From the human T2T-CHM13v2.0 reference genome, Homo sapiens: DNA of 64,000 bases. Made by a program: the position numbers and the translations under genes. Under the pieces are notes generated by a model that ran no database searches, was not told where the DNA came from, and was given only the letters and a program-made list of their open reading frames with translations. Location of the stretch: the NCBI RefSeq assembly GCF_009914755.1, contig NC_060930.1; one strand, written 5' to 3'. How positions within the stretch are numbered: the first letter of the stretch is position 1; every line of letters starts with the position of its first letter. This document shows, piece after piece, positions 58,580 to 64,000 of this stretch.

Positions 58580-59702
58580 TAAACACCGGCCCGGGTCCCC
58601 TGGTGCTTGTTTTGTTCCCGGCAGGAATCTAGGGATCAGTCAGGGCCTCTCCTTTTACTAGAGCAAGAGCCAAGAATCTGCTCTTTTCTTCTCCATCAGA
58701 CTATCTGTGGCCTTTGACCTATCAATTTCTAGGCATTTCCTCTAAAGTTCATATTGTACCAGACTCCAGTCTGGGAATGAGAAGAGAAAGGATATACAAC
58801 TCCAGATTTATTTGTTATTACTGAATAGTTTACTGGTTTCAACAGAGGGATAGGGCTTTGTTTAAATTTCCACTGAGCATAATTAATGGTTATTGACTGG
58901 TAAATGAAGAACAGGTGACACTCTGGATTAGAAGATAAATGATCCTGTGTTCTGGTGTGATAATGGGTTAGTAATTCACCACAAAGCCGAGGCTGAGTGC
59001 ATCCCGTCGTAATGCTAGATCATGTCCAGGAGACAAAGGCCCCTGTGTGAGAAGGACGCAGCCATCCGCCTCCTTATACAGCTGCACACGTTGATGTGCT
59101 CCATTGATTCCCTGATGGATGGCACAACTGAGGCAAAAGTTCACCCGTTCTCACCTTCCTGTTCACATGCTGGACCACATGACCCATGACATGGCCAGGC
59201 CACACTCTGTGATCAAATCGCCACCCAGCTTTGGCTTCTGACTGGAGAAACAGTGTTGAGGTTACATGTTTTAGAGGTCAGTCTTCTCTCTTTGTCTCTC
59301 AAGGAATGAAGGAGGAAAAAGACAGTCTTCCTGCATTCTTTTGGTGTCCTTTGAGGATGTGACTGACTTGTCCACTTCCTCAAATACTTATTTACTTTCA
59401 GTCCTGACCTGATTACCAGTGCACATGAAAAAAATCTCCTGTTTTTTAATCCATCTCACAGAGAGGAAAGCAAATCAGTTAAGGAATGTGCCAGGGCTTC
59501 AGATTCTTTAACATAAAAATGTCCCTTAATTGCCAAAAAAACAGGGCAGTTTTCAAATCATGTCTTGCATTCATTTTGCTTTTAAGCAAATGAAGTTCAA
59601 GGGAAATCTGACTCCAGACCATTGACTTTTGATGGCCAAGTCAAGATGGGTATAAATATTACTTAAATTTGGACACGTACTCTTCTGTAAGTATATAATT
59701 AA

Positions 59703-60062
<360 letters not shown>

Positions 60063-60522
60063 TACAAAACTTAAATTTTAAAATGTCAAATAAAAATACT
60101 CCTCTCTCACAGTCTCCCATTTGGTAATTTGAGGGGTGGATGCAGAAGTGGTTTGGGAGGCTCAGGAAGGGCCACTCCCCTGCTTGGGAAGCTGCCAGCT
60201 CTGGTGGCTGTTCAGAGCTGGACCAATGAAGGAGAACACTCAAAGTGCATCACCACAGCCGACTGACTACACCTGATTCCGTGCATGCCTTCGGTGGTGG
60301 GATGTGTGTTTGTCTTAAAAATCTGGATTCTACAATTGCTTCCACCTCGACGTTAACCTCCAGTTCAGTATCCAAGCCACAAACACTTATTAACTGAGCT
60401 GGCATCCATGAATAACAAGATTTGTTAATGAAGGTTATGTTTAACTATGTCTATTTGACTGTTACTTTTTCACCCTGGTGCTTTTGTGCTTTACGTGCTA
60501 CTGTCACAAAAACCTTAAAACT

Positions 60523-60546
60523 ACACACACACACACACACACACAC
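60523..60546. repeat. (AC)12 microsatellite
   Basis: Directly visible; shorter CA runs also at ~26764, ~41782 and ~58123. Confidence 0.9.
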
Positions 60547-61199
60547 TTATGTATGTATACGCATTTCAGGGGAGAACATGTATGAAATAACTCTAATAAA
60601 AATCATGGAAATTTGAACAAATGGAAATTAAAGTTCCAGAGAAAGGATGCCCAGTGTGTACCCATTCACATGCGTTTCATCTCTAAACATTATTTAGTAG
60701 CTGTTTTCATGATGGCAGCCTGGTATTTAGTTTGAGTCAGGACCTCCAGTAGTTTTGTGGTCAGCCAAGCCTTATTCTTTGTGGAATTCACATAGGTAGG
60801 TCTTAGGTCTTTGGGTTAGTTTTAATTAATAAAACTATACTAATAAAAACAAACAGTGTGAAACCAAAGTCTGGCCTTATGGCTATGTCTATTTTCTTCC
60901 TGGGCAAAAACGCTGTGTCACACGGATTCCTTAGATTAAGGGACTTTTAGACGTTTTAAAGATACGACGTTACTGAACAGAAAAAAAAAGATAATAAATT
61001 AATTAAAGGACCAAAAATAAAAGAACACAACCCAGAAAGCCATATAGCTCTTGCTTCTTTCTTTGCTAACATATCATTCTATATCAACACCATATGTACT
61101 GAAAGAAAGAGGCAATGTCAAAATTTGTTTTGCCCTTTATCTTTTAACTCTAGCCAGGAATACACAGCTAAAAACTCCAGGTTGGGGTTAATGTTTCTC

Positions 61200-61620
61200 T
61201 TCCCTAGAAACAATATAAAATCGAACAGCTCCTAGTCTTGTGTTAATCATTCTGAATCAGTTTTCTAGGATATTATCTATTCTTTCAATTTGCAGATTCT
61301 AGTTATATATTTATTTCTTCTATTTATCTTTGAATATATCTTATCTCTTCTATTCAATTTCTTTTTCATGCACATCAATTATGCATATATCTCTTTTGTT
61401 CTATCTTTTACATCTATCACCTCCGAGCTAATCATTTTTGGGTTTTGTTTCATATTAATTTATATGATTTCCTCCAGCCTGTTCACCTGATTGTTTTAGT
61501 AAAATTTATTTTATATTTTGTTGGTAACATGGTTTCAATTTCTGTAAGGGTTTTTTTCTCTTCCATACTTTTCCTGTTTACTACCAGGTTGCTTTTTATC
61601 TTTTTGTGACTTTATTTAAG
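61200..61620 (-). mobile_element. Old L1/HAL1-like fragment
   Basis: T-rich antisense ORF1-like sequence (tattctttcaatttgcagattc...caattatgcatat). Confidence 0.5.
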
Positions 61621-61621
61621 C

Positions 61622-61807
61622 CAGGGGACAGACAACTTTTTTCTTCTAAAGCCAGATAGTAAGTATTTTAGGTTTGTGAACCACATGGTCTCTGTTTCTC
61701 TGCTGTTGCAGCACAAAACAGCCATGGACAAAATGGAATCAAATGGGTATGACTGTGTTCCAATAAAACAGTTACAGGGCCCATGGACTACGATTTGCCC
61801 ACCTTTG
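61622..61807. mobile_element. MER58A (hAT-Charlie)
   Basis: cagggg...gccagatagtaagtattttagg...gactgtgttccaataaaac...tttgcccacctttg. Confidence 0.85.
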
Positions 61808-62342
61808 CTTTCAGCAAACTTAACAAAAATATGTTGCCTGTAATTTCTTTGACTCTACAGAGAACAATTACCCAAGCTCTAGCTGCTAATTTTTTTGAAT
61901 GATACCCCTTATGATATGCACAATGCATCTGTTTGCTTATGTTCCTTTTCTTCTTCTTGCAATCCTTTCCCCACTCACACTCAAGCATAGATTCTGGGGT
62001 AGTGCCTTTCTACTTATTATTATACTTGAACAAGGCTGGCTGTTCCCTGAAGAATCTTAGGAGGGGGAACAGGAAAGTACACTGAGGACAGCCTGCAGCT
62101 TTAATTCAGGCTTCTCTGAAAGCCCTCTACCAACTTCATTGCACGCTTTGCCCCAGGACGTGGCTGCCACAATTTCTCAAGATTTTGCTGGTGAGTGTGA
62201 TTAGTGGAAAGGAGCCCATGAATTGTAGGGCTGCCCTGGTGCTCTCTGGCGATGTTTGCTTTCACTTTGCCTTTACCCCAGATCACAATCTGCGGTGTTC
62301 CTTGGCTAGGAGGTTATGCCAATGACAATAAAATTGGCTTCT

Positions 62343-62654
<312 letters not shown>

Positions 62655-62876
62655 AAATTGTCTTCTCCTTCAGCAACACCTTCTTGCCACTGTGTAGTGT
62701 ACAAGTGGGTATCTATGAGGATAGTTTCTGCTTCTCTCTAATAGGTAATACTATTTTATGGGTTTTTTAGGACTGAAATTATTTTGTGCAAAATTCATAG
62801 CCTGTGTGTATAGTTCCTAACATCTGCTCTAAATTTTCTTCAAATGTCATGGTATCTGTCTCAAATACTTTTTCAT

Positions 62877-63160
62877 TTTTTTTGTAGACAGGGTCTTACC
62901 CTGTCACCCAGACTGTAGTGCCGTGGCATGATCGTAGCTCACTGCAGCCTTGAACTCCTGGACTCAAGTGATCCTCCAGCTTCAGCCTTCCAAGTAGATG
63001 GGACTACAGGCATGCATCACCACACTTGGCTAATGCTTTTAATTTTTAGTATACAAAAATACTAAAAATGTATGTATGGGCTACATTGTTCCTGGCCTCA
63101 AGAAATCTTCCTGCCTTGGCCTCCCAAAGGGCTGGGACTAAAGGACTGAGCCACCAGCCT
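62877..63160 (-). mobile_element. AluJ
   Basis: atcgtagctcactgcagccttgaactcctggactcaagtgatcctcc (J-type), degenerate. Confidence 0.85.
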
Positions 63161-63325
63161 CAAATTATTAATACCTCATATTTCAAGTTGTGTCCAATTT
63201 CATTGTTATAATGAAGCAGAAGTTTCCTCTTAACTTTATTATTTTTCTTGATTTCAGAGGGTTTCAAAAAAAGGAGTGTTGAATGAAAATGTCCTTATAT
63301 TTAGTCATTTAAAAATATATTTCTT

Positions 63326-64000
63326 GAAGATGGCTGAATAGGAACAGCTCCACTCTGGAGCTGCCAGTGAGATCAACGCAGAAGGCAGGTGATTTCTGCA
63401 TTTCCAACTGAGGTACCTGGCTCATCTCATTGGGACTGGTTAGACAGTGGGTGCAGCCCATGGAGGGTGAGCCGAAGCAGGGTGGGGCATTCCCTCACAT
63501 GGGAAGCGCAAGGGGTTGGGGAACTCCATCCCCTAGCCAAGGGAAACCTTGAGGGACTGTGCCATGGGGAACTGTGGATTCCGGCCCAGATACTACGCTT
63601 TTCCCATGGTCTTTGCAACCCACAGACCAGGAGATTCCTTCGGGTGCCTATACCACCAGGGCCCTGGGTTTCAAGCACAAAACTGGGCAGACACCGAGCT
63701 AGCTGCAGGAGGTTTTTTTTCATATCCTAGTGGTGCCTAGAACACCAGTGAGAAAGAACCGTTCACTCCCCTGGAAAGAGGGCTGAAGCCAGGGAGCCAA
63801 GTCGTCTTGCTCAGCAGATCCCACCCCCATGGTGCCCAGCAAGCTAAGATCCGCTGGCTTGAAATTCCCGCTGCCAGCACAGCAGTATGAAGTTGACCTG
63901 GGATGCCAGCGCTTGGTGGGGGAAGGGGGGTCGCCATTACTGAGGCTTGAGTAGGTGGTTTTCCCCTCACAGTGTAAACAAAGCCATCAGGAAGTTCAAA
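63326..64000 (+). mobile_element. 5'UTR of a 5'-intact L1PA (about L1PA7/8), continuing beyond the window
   Basis: aagatggctgaataggaacagctcc...gatttctgcatttccaactgaggtacc; YY1-box-like start. Confidence 0.9.

Overview
Primate (human-type) genomic DNA lying wholly inside GMDS (GDP-mannose 4,6-dehydratase; in human 6p25.3, next to FOXC1), transcribed on the minus strand. Only two coding exons are present: 55735-55617 (119 nt, [40 protein letters not shown]) and 39688-39592 (97 nt, [32 protein letters not shown]), probably exons 8 and 9. Both have canonical AG/GT ends and compatible phases. The rest is intron: about 14 Alus, L1/HAL1/L2/MIR fragments, MLT LTRs, MER DNA transposons, two minisatellites and a ~700-bp CA/TG tract. 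Almost all ORFs in the supplied track are spurious. I see no CRISPR array, RNA gene or novel protein-coding system. The most interesting structures are: (1) a candidate TDP-43-repressed 87-nt poison exon just upstream of the UG tract; (2) a tail-to-tail inverted Alu pair whose unique flanks were homogenised, ending in a perfect 40-bp palindrome; (3) inverted Alus bracketing the two exons, which would give a 216-nt stop-free circular ORF; (4) a long, fragmented ancient CR1/L3 LINE; (5) candidate developmental enhancers. Repeat subfamily calls come from recalled consensus features, not from a search.
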